Part shown: one piece after another, positions 40,198 through 48,965 of the stretch
How the letters are laid out: each line of letters starts with the position of its first letter
How positions within the stretch are numbered: position 1 is the first letter of the stretch
Origin: Candidatus Latescibacterota bacterium
GTDB taxonomy: Bacteria; Latescibacterota; UBA2968; GCA-2709665
DNA length: 64,000 nt
Direction: 5' to 3'
NCBI GenBank assembly: GCA_963667175.2
Contig: CAXXXF010000015.1
Location: forward strand, 320,001 to 384,000
The notes under the pieces: model-generated
Told to the model about the DNA's origin: nothing
The model's database searches: none
Seen by the model: only the letters and a program-made list of their open reading frames with translations
Program-made: the position numbers and the translations under genes

Positions 40198-42813
40198 ATG
40201 AGAAATCTTTGCGGATCGTTGCTCCTGCTGTTGACCTTCGTTCAGCCGCTGCCGGCGCAGCGGATCGGCGAACCCCAACCGGTCAGGCTTCTGGGCGCGT
40301 CAACGCCGCTGACCCTCGAGTTTAGCGACCGGGACTATCTGCTGGTCCTCTATTCGCTGAATACGGACGTCCCGCCCGATCTCAAGGACAGTCCCGAGTA
40401 CGGGTTCTCGGTCTTCAGCGTATCCCCCGGCGCCGGTTCCGTCCGCTTTCCCGAACCCGGCGGGACCCCGATCGCCCGATCCGGCGGCGGTCCGCAAGCG
40501 CAGCTTCGAAGGCGGGAACAGGAGCTCGCCCGCCGGGTGCGACAAACCGGCGGATACCGCCCCCCCGCGAATAGAGTCGCGCCGCACCAGGCCAGCGTCC
40601 GCCGGTTCGTGTTTCCGGGGCTCGGCAACGTGCCGGACACGTCCGTTACGGCGGCGCTCTTCGCGGGCAGCTTCCGGGCGAATGCCTACGTGGACGTGGC
40701 CGACACCGGCCGCGTCAGCAAAACGCGGATCCAGGCGGATACCGACCTGTTCAGCTTCAGGGTCCATCCGGTTGTCACGTCCGCGCTCGCGCGCGATCCG
40801 CGCGCGGGGGACGTCGGGAACGTTACCCTGCTCTACACGCGCCTGGTTGACGAAGTCGGCGACGACACCACAGTGGTACGCGGATTCTTCAACGCCGCGT
40901 CGGTCCTCCCTGAGAACCAGGGCGGCAACGGCGACCAGGTCAACCTGCTGTTTATCAATCCGTTCAACGATCCGGATGCGACCGGCGCCGTGCTTGCCCA
41001 TGAATTTCAACACCTCTTCAGCTTCCACCAGCACGTGCTGATTCGCAACGGCCCGCCGGAGGAAGGCTGGCTCAACGAAGGGCTGTCGCACGTCTGTGAA
41101 GACCTGGTCGGCGGACACGCGGTACACAATCGACAGAATATGCGACGTTTCCTTGCCAACCCGCGTCATACGCCGTTGCGAGGATCGGTCGACAATCCGG
41201 GCGTCAGCGGCGCGGCCTATCTGTTTGTCAGGAGCCTCATCGAAGACTTTGGCATGGGAATCCTCCCGCGCCTGGTTCAGACGAACAACGTCGGACTCCG
41301 CAACGTCAGAGAAGCCGCGGGAGACCGCGTCACCTCCATTTACGAGAGATTTCTGTCGCGGCTGGTTCTGAGCGGGTCGGGCATCGACACCGCGCTCGAC
41401 TACACCACGCCCTTCCTGGCGGACACGACCAGCGGCGCCCGCCGCTTCCCCCATCCGGAAGAACTCCTCGTCTCCCCCGAGACCTCCCCCGCAATCGGAA
41501 GCGTACAGCCCCTGTCCGCAGCCTTCATGCGCCTGTCGTACGAGGGGAACCCCACCCTGTGGATTCAGACCGACGTCGAGGGTTCTCCCGGCGTGTTCCT
41601 GATCCCTGTTCCGCGTCGCGGCCGGACCGATGTCACGATTCCCGCCGATTTCTTCACGGAACTCACGCTGGATGCGCCGGTTGCCGGGCCCTTTGTGTCC
41701 TATCAACCGATTCGGATCTCCGGCGCCGTCTCCAATCCTTCCGTAACCGAGATCGAGTTCGTGCTCCTGCTCGAGGATTACAGCGTGAAAAACCGGTACG
41801 TCGTGCCGGTCCGCGGCGGCAGATTCACCCATACGTTCTTCTTCTCGCACGAACAGGCGGGCGAGTACCGGCTGGAGGTCCGAACGAGACGGACCGACCG
41901 GCAGGACAGCGCCACGGCGGGCACGTTCAACGCCTTCACCGTCGAGGAAGGGCCGGCAACCGCTCCGATTCCCGCCGGTTATTTTGCCGACGTCGTCTTC
42001 TCCTCGCCAATTCCCGTCGAGGCGCGCTCCGGAGAGGCGATCCGGCTGTCCGGCGTGGTGTCCGATTCGTCCATGACCGCCATCAAGTTCAGTTTCCGGC
42101 ATGAGGATATCGACAGATCGGCGCATTTCAATGCGCCGGTGATGAACGGTCAGTTCAGGAAAACGATCCTATTCACCCACGGACGGACCGGCGTGTACCA
42201 GTTCGCGATCAACCGGCAGCGGGGAGACACGAGCCATGCCTATCCACAGGATGCGTTCAGCCCCTTTGTGGTCCGGAAAGGAGAAGGGACGGTCCTCATT
42301 CCCGTGGATTTCTTCGAGGAAGTCCGGCTTCTCGCGCCGATGCCCGTCGAATACCGGATCGGCCGTCCGGTGCGGGTTGAGGGCAATGTTTCCGATCCCG
42401 CGGTATCCCAGATCGAGTTCGGATTCTTCACCGTCAGCGGGGACGCGGAAACGCCGTCCGCGACGGCCGACGCGCGTTTTGTCGCGCCGGTCGTCGACGG
42501 CCGGTTCAGCACGGAGCTCGCCTTTTCGCGCGAACAGCAGGTTTCGGATGACTATACGCTGGACGTCTGGCTGTGGAGAAGCGGCGAACGTTCCCGGGGG
42601 TTCCGGAGATTCTCGCCGATTTCCGTCGGGGCGTCGCCGTCTCCCGATTTCGACGGCGACGGCACGGTGGGGTTCGCGGATTTCATCGCGTTTGCGGGGG
42701 CGTTCGGTACTTCGGCGACCGGCGCGGACTTCGATGCCCGGTTTGACCTGGACGGGGACGGGACCGTTGGATTCGGGGACTTTGTGATTTTTGCCAGGGC
42801 ATTCGGACTGTAA
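40198..42813 (+). CDS. Secreted zinc metallopeptidase-like protein with three Ig-like repeats and a C-terminal dockerin/EF-hand-like pair
   Basis: Signal peptide, AHEFQH and WLNEGLS, three IP.DFF...G.VSD...I.F repeats, two DxDGDGTVGFxDF..FA.AFG motifs. Confidence 0.75.
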   Translation: MRNLCGSLLLLLTFVQPLPAQRIGEPQPVRLLGASTPLTLEFSDRDYLLVLYSLNTDVPPDLKDSPEYGFSVFSVSPGAGSVRFPEPGGTPIARSGGGPQAQLRRREQELARRVRQTGGYRPPANRVAPHQASVRRFVFPGLGNVPDTSVTAALFAGSFRANAYVDVADTGRVSKTRIQADTDLFSFRVHPVVTSALARDPRAGDVGNVTLLYTRLVDEVGDDTTVVRGFFNAASVLPENQGGNGDQVNLLFINPFNDPDATGAVLAHEFQHLFSFHQHVLIRNGPPEEGWLNEGLSHVCEDLVGGHAVHNRQNMRRFLANPRHTPLRGSVDNPGVSGAAYLFVRSLIEDFGMGILPRLVQTNNVGLRNVREAAGDRVTSIYERFLSRLVLSGSGIDTALDYTTPFLADTTSGARRFPHPEELLVSPETSPAIGSVQPLSAAFMRLSYEGNPTLWIQTDVEGSPGVFLIPVPRRGRTDVTIPADFFTELTLDAPVAGPFVSYQPIRISGAVSNPSVTEIEFVLLLEDYSVKNRYVVPVRGGRFTHTFFFSHEQAGEYRLEVRTRRTDRQDSATAGTFNAFTVEEGPATAPIPAGYFADVVFSSPIPVEARSGEAIRLSGVVSDSSMTAIKFSFRHEDIDRSAHFNAPVMNGQFRKTILFTHGRTGVYQFAINRQRGDTSHAYPQDAFSPFVVRKGEGTVLIPVDFFEEVRLLAPMPVEYRIGRPVRVEGNVSDPAVSQIEFGFFTVSGDAETPSATADARFVAPVVDGRFSTELAFSREQQVSDDYTLDVWLWRSGERSRGFRRFSPISVGASPSPDFDGDGTVGFADFIAFAGAFGTSATGADFDARFDLDGDGTVGFGDFVIFARAFGL

Positions 42814-42866
42814 CGAGAGTCGGGGGCCTGCCTGCCGGCAGGCAGGCCGGGAGGAGAGGGCGCTGC

Positions 42867-43634
42867 TTACCTCCCGCAACGGAGCATGGCGTCCGCGTTG
42901 CGCCAGGCGATGGCTTCCCGGACGTCCGCGGGCGCGTCGAGGATCCGCAGCTTCAGCAACGCGGGGGCCGGTGTGTTGAACGGCATGCCGGAGCCGAAGG
43001 CCAGGCGCTCGGCGCCCCACGCCTGGATGAGGCCCTGAATGCTGCGCTCCAGGACCGCCGTCAGGCGGGAGACGTCCATCAGGAACCGGATGCCCGGGGG
43101 CAGCGCGCGCCCGGCGAAGCCGACGCCGTTCAGGATCATCCATCGAACGTGCGGCCGCAAATGAATAAGCCGGCAAATCGTCGCCGGCTTCAGGTCATCC
43201 GCCATATCCCAGGGATGCCGTTGTCGCCGGTCCACAATGCGCATGGGCGCCTGCACGGGCCACCCCGCCTCCGAAACCGCGTCCAGCAATTCAAGGGCCG
43301 CGTCCGACTCCGGATCGTACCCGTGGTATTGCGGGACCAGTCGAATCCCACACAGCTCCAGGTCCTCGACGCAACGGCGCAGGTCCTCCTTCCAGCCCGC
43401 GCAGGTCGGATTCAACGTGGCGAACGGAATCAGGCGGTCGCGGCGCCGCAGCACCTGGCCGGCCAGCTCCTCGTTCGCCGAATGGGCGTCCCTGTAGAAG
43501 ACTCCGTGGATTGACGCCACCACCGCCCGGTCGATGCCGTTGCGGTCCATCAGCCTCAGGAGCCCCTGGACCGTATTGTGGCGCAGCCGCCGGAACGGCC
43601 AGTGTCCCACCCACGCGTTGACGTCAATGATCAT
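42867..43634 (-). CDS. Amidohydrolase family protein
   Basis: MIIDVNAWVG, GIDRAVV, GIRLVP and LAFGSGMP; metal ligands partly substituted. Confidence 0.75.
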   Translation of the reverse strand: MIIDVNAWVGHWPFRRLRHNTVQGLLRLMDRNGIDRAVVASIHGVFYRDAHSANEELAGQVLRRRDRLIPFATLNPTCAGWKEDLRRCVEDLELCGIRLVPQYHGYDPESDAALELLDAVSEAGWPVQAPMRIVDRRQRHPWDMADDLKPATICRLIHLRPHVRWMILNGVGFAGRALPPGIRFLMDVSRLTAVLERSIQGLIQAWGAERLAFGSGMPFNTPAPALLKLRILDAPADVREAIAWRNADAMLRCGR

Positions 43635-43673
43635 CTCCGTTCCCCGTTCCAGTGGCGCCGCCGAACCGAAAAT

Positions 43674-44324
43674 CTAAAGATCGAAGAGTTTGCGAAACCA
43701 GCTTATGAATGACTGAGTTGCGGGTAACGTCGCGTCTAACGCCCTACTCTCAAGCGCTCTGCCAGGGTTTTGGACGGGCGGATCCTGCCAACTAAGCCAT
43801 GTATACAACTTTGCCTTATTCGTATGGGCATTGCGATATGGCGCGTCCCAGTTTCTTCTTGCCGTTTCTGTACAACCTTCTGCGTAGTTCCACAGGGGTT
43901 GATCAGGCACGAGATCCCGCAAGAAAGTCTCCAGATCACCATTGGACCGATTGTCGGGCATAATCCAGATGCCGAGACGTTTCTGCGACCGGTTGCTTAC
44001 GATCAAACCGTCCGGCGGCAACGTATTCGGCATAGCAGGGAAGGATGCGCCGCAAAGATTATACAGGCTCTGGTAACGGCTTCCGGCGCCTTTGTCATTC
44101 GCATCAATCATTATCCCGAGAGTCCTGATCGTGGACGATTTCAAGAGCACGCCCATGTAATCCTTACTCAGAATCTCGTTAACGCTTCTACCGATATCAA
44201 TGTATACGGGGTACTCGGACTCGCTGGCGTCAGGCCATTTAATCTGGGTGCGCAGAATCTCACGGACAGAATAGAGATCATCATATCCCTCGACAACGAG
44301 CCGCTTTGCCTTGCCGTCACCCAT
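43674..44324 (-). CDS. DUF3226-like (Toprim-fold) protein
   Basis: LVVEGYDD, GIMIDAN, GIWIMPDN...GDLETFL, KAKLYTWLSWQDPP. Confidence 0.75.
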   Translation of the reverse strand: MGDGKAKRLVVEGYDDLYSVREILRTQIKWPDASESEYPVYIDIGRSVNEILSKDYMGVLLKSSTIRTLGIMIDANDKGAGSRYQSLYNLCGASFPAMPNTLPPDGLIVSNRSQKRLGIWIMPDNRSNGDLETFLRDLVPDQPLWNYAEGCTETARRNWDAPYRNAHTNKAKLYTWLSWQDPPVQNPGRALESRALDATLPATQSFISWFRKLFDL

Positions 44325-45448
44325 CAGCGAATCTCCACGAAGTGCTGAATCGCTTTCTTTATTTCCTCCTCGGTGTATGAAACCGCACGATTCTTGTCGC
44401 GCTCTATGCGTTGTACGGATATGGCAGGCCCAGGATATTCGTCACGCGAAGACGCACTGGCGTTTGAGGCCAAACTGTTCAGGCAGTCGTAATTGTGCGT
44501 CGTCGCGAACACCTGAACTTCGAAGATTCGCGCAGTCTTAACGATCAGTTTCCACATGTCCGACATTGCGGAGAAGTGAAGGCCCGTGTCGATTTCATCG
44601 ACCAGCAGTACTCCCCCGCGACATTGCGTAATCGCGATGGCAAGGGAGAATAAGCGCCAAATGCCGTCACCCATACTCCCTATCGGTACAGGATTCTCGA
44701 AGCGGCTGTGTTTGACGATAAATCCGGTCCGGCCAGCGCTCCCGGCCCAATCGCGTCGATACGGGGTACTGAGCGCAACAATTCGTTCGATGCCCGGGTC
44801 GATACACGCCAATGCGGTGAGCACGAGTTCTTCATCAGCCGTAAGGGCGATCACGTTCCACATTTCGACAAGCTCTTCCGCATCCATCGCATCCGTGGTA
44901 ATGTAACGTACACGCGATACGTGGTCACGCGCGCCGCCCCTGCGCAATCGCCGCGGCGTATCCAGTGATTCTGCAGACAGGGCGCCGGTAGAGCTCAGCG
45001 GGATCAAGTCCGCTATCGGCGAAGGGGCGCCCTTCAAGCGAAGGCCCAATTGTGGGATGTTCTCTCCGGGCGAGCTGAACAGGTCTGACTCCTTATCCGT
45101 TAAATCCGCCACTTCGACTTTCAAATGTTGTCGTGGCGTCTGATTCATCGCTGACAATGTAAATGCCGTCTCAACGTGAAGTTGGTGGCCCGTAAACAGG
45201 TGTGACGTATCCACTTCGGGATAGACCCGCCCTGACGGCCGGGTTCTTTCAATTCCATTCTCACCCCTGCGCCAGAGTATCTGCCACAGCGCCCGGGGAT
45301 CGGCCCTGCTGGTCAGCAGGTGGAGCGCCTCCAACAAAGACGTCTTTCCACTATTGTTCGCCCCGACCAGAAGATTGACAGGCGCCAGTTCGTCCATGTC
45401 GAAACGCTCAAAGCCTCTGAACCCTTCAATGTGGATAGAGGAAATCAC
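44324..45448 (-). CDS. AAA_21/AAA_15 ABC-type ATPase
   Basis: IEGFRG, VGANNSGKTS, SMGDG signature, LLVDEIDTGLH, FATTH; 1-nt overlap with the DUF3226 gene. Confidence 0.85.
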   Translation of the reverse strand: MISSIHIEGFRGFERFDMDELAPVNLLVGANNSGKTSLLEALHLLTSRADPRALWQILWRRGENGIERTRPSGRVYPEVDTSHLFTGHQLHVETAFTLSAMNQTPRQHLKVEVADLTDKESDLFSSPGENIPQLGLRLKGAPSPIADLIPLSSTGALSAESLDTPRRLRRGGARDHVSRVRYITTDAMDAEELVEMWNVIALTADEELVLTALACIDPGIERIVALSTPYRRDWAGSAGRTGFIVKHSRFENPVPIGSMGDGIWRLFSLAIAITQCRGGVLLVDEIDTGLHFSAMSDMWKLIVKTARIFEVQVFATTHNYDCLNSLASNASASSRDEYPGPAISVQRIERDKNRAVSYTEEEIKKAIQHFVEIR

Positions 45449-45652
45449 CACGAGACTCCTGACAGCGGCTATTCTTCGCAACGTTAAACGGCGTAGACGG
45501 TATGATCACGATTCAAGCGGTTTGTTTTTGCAGACATCCGTTACGCACACACGCGGACACTGACTCAATGGAATGGGAAAGAATATAGCATAGAAATTCG
45601 TCGGCACAAACCTGAATCCACCGCGAAACTCCTTCACGTATGGCCCGTCGTC

Positions 45653-46675
45653 CTACCCGTACAGCTGCCGCACGAATTCCTGGTACCCGTTATACAGTAG
45701 CGTGGGCCGAATGAGCGGCTTCGACGCGTCGGTTGTGATGAACCGTTCCGTGGCCTGCGACCAGCGCGGATGCGGAACCTGCGGCTCCACGTTGGCCAGG
45801 AATCCGTATTCCGTGGGCGCGAGCTCGTTCCAGAACGTGGCCGGCTGCTCAGCCACGAACTCGATGGATACGATCGATTTCGCGCTCTTGAACCCGTACT
45901 TCCACGGGACAACGAGCCGTATGGGCGCGCCGTGCTGCTTCGGCAGTTCGTGGCCGTAGACGCCCGTGGCGACGAACGTGAGTTCGTTCATCGCTTCATC
46001 GATCCTGAGCCCCTCCTGGTAGGGCCACGGCCACTGCGGGTTGTCGAACTGACCGGGCGCCTGGTCCGGGTTGATGAACGTGTTGAACCTGACGTGGGTG
46101 GCGCCGGACTGCGGCGCCACGGCGTCGATCAACGCGCTCATCGGGAATCCCGTCCACGGGATGGCCATGGACCACGCCTCGACGCAGCGCAGGCGGTAGA
46201 GCCGCTCTTCGAGCGGGAACCTGCGGTGCAGCCCGTCGTAATCCAGCGTGAGCGGATTGCGGACCAACCCCTTGACCTCCAGCGTCCAGGGATTGATTAC
46301 GAACTTTTCGGCCTTCTCCAGGACCGCGGTCTTGCCCCGGCTGAACTCGTAAAAGTTGTTGTAGCCCCCGGCGATCTCCTCATTCGTCAGGTCGCGGTCC
46401 AGTTCCGAGAATTTCGGATTCGTCTGCGCCGGGTACGCCGGCTTGACCTCTTCTTCCTTCTCTTCCTCCTCTTCCCTGTCCTCATCCTCGGCGGCGGCGG
46501 GGGGTTCCGGCTCGAACGGCTCGAACACCCGCTCGCTCCCGCACCCTGCCAGCATGCCCGCCGCGCCCACCGCGCCGGCCGTCTTCAGGAACTTCCGCCG
46601 GTTGAGGTACACGTCTTCCGACGTGGCCTCGCTCTCGGGCATTTCCCATCCCTTTGGAATGACGATATTCGGCAT
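45653..46675 (-). CDS. msrP: Protein-methionine-sulfoxide reductase catalytic subunit MsrP (YedY)
   Basis: Tat motif NRRKFLK, YNNFYEF, RLRCVEAWSM, QHGAPIRLVVPWKYGFKSAKSI, HPRWSQA. Confidence 0.93.
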   Translation of the reverse strand: MPNIVIPKGWEMPESEATSEDVYLNRRKFLKTAGAVGAAGMLAGCGSERVFEPFEPEPPAAAEDEDREEEEEKEEEVKPAYPAQTNPKFSELDRDLTNEEIAGGYNNFYEFSRGKTAVLEKAEKFVINPWTLEVKGLVRNPLTLDYDGLHRRFPLEERLYRLRCVEAWSMAIPWTGFPMSALIDAVAPQSGATHVRFNTFINPDQAPGQFDNPQWPWPYQEGLRIDEAMNELTFVATGVYGHELPKQHGAPIRLVVPWKYGFKSAKSIVSIEFVAEQPATFWNELAPTEYGFLANVEPQVPHPRWSQATERFITTDASKPLIRPTLLYNGYQEFVRQLYG

Positions 46676-46705
46676 GAAATTTCACCTCAGCTGTGACTGC
46701 CCTCT

Positions 46706-47533
46706 TCAACGTTTCAGGGCGACGCCGACGAAGAAGGTATTCCCCGCCGTGGTGTTGCATCCCGATGCGATATGGATCAGGTCCGCACTCAGTTCCACCC
46801 TCGCGGTCAATTTGTAGATGATTCCCGGGGAGATCTTCAATATGTTCTGATCGCCGATGAGACCCACGTCATCCCCCGGATCGCAGTTTCCGAACGTGCG
46901 GATCCCGGAAATGAATCCCTTGATCAGAATCCGATCGTAGGTCATCCCCGCTTCCAGCGTGTAGAACCATTCGTTGCTGAACGTCCCCCCGCGCAGCCGA
47001 TACCCCGCCTCTCCCGTGACGTACCCCGGCAGCGGGTACAGGGACTTCCCCAACAGCAGGCGCGCGTCTCCGTCGATCTTCTTCGTGCTCAACGGCACGC
47101 GGGTGCTCTCATCGTCTTCGTACCACGTCGGGATCTTCCCGCCCGCGGCCACGGAGGCCACCAAGTTCCCGTTCCACAGGAGGAGGCGCATCCGCACCTC
47201 CACGTCCCCGAACCCCCACCGCCGCTCCAGCGCCGTACCGCTCTGAAAGGTTCGGGTATCCTTCATGTTCTTGTAAGGCGCCGTCGCCACGAGCGTGAGG
47301 TCGTCCGAAATTCCGTACTCCAGATAGGCCGTCCAATTGACGTCCCGCAACTTCCCCTCGCCGTCCTTGTCCACCTTATTACCCGACGCGTCCATGTCCT
47401 TTGTGGAATTCAGATAGCCGCCCGACAGCTTCGCGTAGTAGCCGCCCTTCTGCTGCGTCCACGCCCCCGCAAAGGCCTGTGAGACCAGGAGCAGCGACGT
47501 CACGGCCGTAACGTATGGGATTCGTCCGCTCAT
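46706..47533 (-). CDS. Exported protein, probable outer-membrane beta-barrel
   Basis: Signal peptide (AFA-GAW), amphipathic beta strands, YLEYG and GFGDVE. Confidence 0.65.
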   Translation of the reverse strand: MSGRIPYVTAVTSLLLVSQAFAGAWTQQKGGYYAKLSGGYLNSTKDMDASGNKVDKDGEGKLRDVNWTAYLEYGISDDLTLVATAPYKNMKDTRTFQSGTALERRWGFGDVEVRMRLLLWNGNLVASVAAGGKIPTWYEDDESTRVPLSTKKIDGDARLLLGKSLYPLPGYVTGEAGYRLRGGTFSNEWFYTLEAGMTYDRILIKGFISGIRTFGNCDPGDDVGLIGDQNILKISPGIIYKLTARVELSADLIHIASGCNTTAGNTFFVGVALKR

Positions 47534-47742
47534 TTCCTTCTCCCTCCTCGCCCCGTCCCTCGCTGATTATCCGGGATCCGCGACCGGTACCTCTCTTTAA
47601 CGAACGTGCGGGCGTTCCGTTCCGATGTACGGGTCGCGTTCTCCCTGGTGTTTCGCGCTCTTGCCTCGAATCGGCGACCCAAGAACAAAACCGGGGCGGC
47701 GGCGGTCCCGGTTTTGGCGGCTACGTTGGAAAGCGACTCCAT

Positions 47743-47997
47743 TCAATCCTGATTTCCGTTGTTGAGGAACGGCGGATCTTCTCTGAATCCCTGATTGCCC
47801 TTTGCTTTCTCTTCCGAAAGCCACTTCCTGAACAACGCGTCCCGTTCCCTCCGTCCTTCTTCCCGTCCCCGCTCCAGACCTCTTTGCAGGTTCCACCGCT
47901 TAACGGCTTCGTGAATGGCGCCCATAATGTCCATGACCTCCAGAATGACGAATGAAGACGTGACCGTGAAAATCCCAAGCGCCCCCACGTCCGCCAC
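47743..47997 (-). CDS. Small membrane-associated protein with RGREEGRRE motif, possibly 5'-truncated
   Basis: Hydrophobic N-terminus and GLERGREEG repeat; the start abuts repeat family X; a hairpin lies downstream at about 47687-47715. Confidence 0.45.
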   Translation of the reverse strand: MADVGALGIFTVTSSFVILEVMDIMGAIHEAVKRWNLQRGLERGREEGRRERDALFRKWLSEEKAKGNQGFREDPPFLNNGNQD

Positions 47998-48001
47998 AAT
48001 G

Positions 48002-48085
48002 GTAAGGAAGAAGGAAGAAGGAAAACCGGTTGGTGCTCGTGCGGTTTATCCATCGTGTCCTGACAGGGCGCCTGACGGCAGACAC
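48002..48085. repeat. Dispersed repeat family X, copy 3
   Basis: Near-identical to 409-496; contains the Uma2 gene stop codon. Confidence 0.85.
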
Positions 48086-48645
48086 TGAGAAGCTACCTGA
48101 AATACCTCGTCGATGTTCAACTTAAATCCCTGCAAAGTAGCCGAAGTCAACGTCTCTCCTTTACCGTAGACGTCCGCAACCACCAATCCTCTTTTCCCAG
48201 GCAGCAGGACTGTGATTGTTTTTTCTTCAGTGTCCACCATCCAGTACTCTCCCACGCCGTGCCTGGCATACAGTACCCGCTTGAATGTCCTGTCGCGTGT
48301 GGCCGTGGACGCAGAGAGGATTTCGACGATCAGATCCGGCGCTCCCTGCACGTTTTCGGGGGTGATGATACTGCCGCGTTCGTTGGAGACAAAAAGCAAA
48401 TCGGGTTGCACCACGTCCAGATCCGACAACACCACGTCGAAGGGAGCGTGATAGACACGACCCAGGTTGTTCTCAGACGCAAACTGAAACAGTTTAGAAC
48501 CCAGCAGGATGGAAACGCTCTGGTGAAGTTCTCCAGGCGCAGGCGTCATGGCCAACTCTCCGTCAAGCAGTTCATACCGCGTGTCTTCCGGTGTGTTCAG
48601 GTAGTCTTCGTAGGTAAACTTCACCGTTGGATCCGGGATCGCCAT
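48046..48645 (-). CDS. Uma2 (DUF820) family endonuclease
   Basis: FTYEDY, YELLDGEL, HQ, VQPDL, APDLIVEILS and GVGEYWMVD. Confidence 0.92.
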   Translation of the reverse strand: MAIPDPTVKFTYEDYLNTPEDTRYELLDGELAMTPAPGELHQSVSILLGSKLFQFASENNLGRVYHAPFDVVLSDLDVVQPDLLFVSNERGSIITPENVQGAPDLIVEILSASTATRDRTFKRVLYARHGVGEYWMVDTEEKTITVLLPGKRGLVVADVYGKGETLTSATLQGFKLNIDEVFQVASQCLPSGALSGHDG

Positions 48646-48965
48646 GGTTGCCGCCCTCTCTCCGGAGACGGTTTTCGTGCGTGACACTGGAATCAGCAAT
48701 GCGGGACCTCACGTGGTCCGCACAGGTTCCCTGCCGGCTATGGAGCCGCAACCGCGGCAACCGACGCCGGCTAACGCGTCCTCCTCTTGCCGATGACTCT
48801 ATACAAAATATCCATCGCATTGCATTTCGTCAAGCCTGAACCGTCGAAGAAGGAAGAAGGAAGAACCTGAAAGCGGTAAGACGTTAGATGACGTCCTTGC
48901 CCGATCGATTCTTCCCTTATGCCTGCGGCAAGAGATGATACCGAACAGGCACTCATTTCTTCTCC

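Noticed and set aside
47530-47742. 70-aa ORF upstream of the beta-barrel gene
   Set aside because: It runs through a terminator-like hairpin and has low-complexity, Arg-rich composition.
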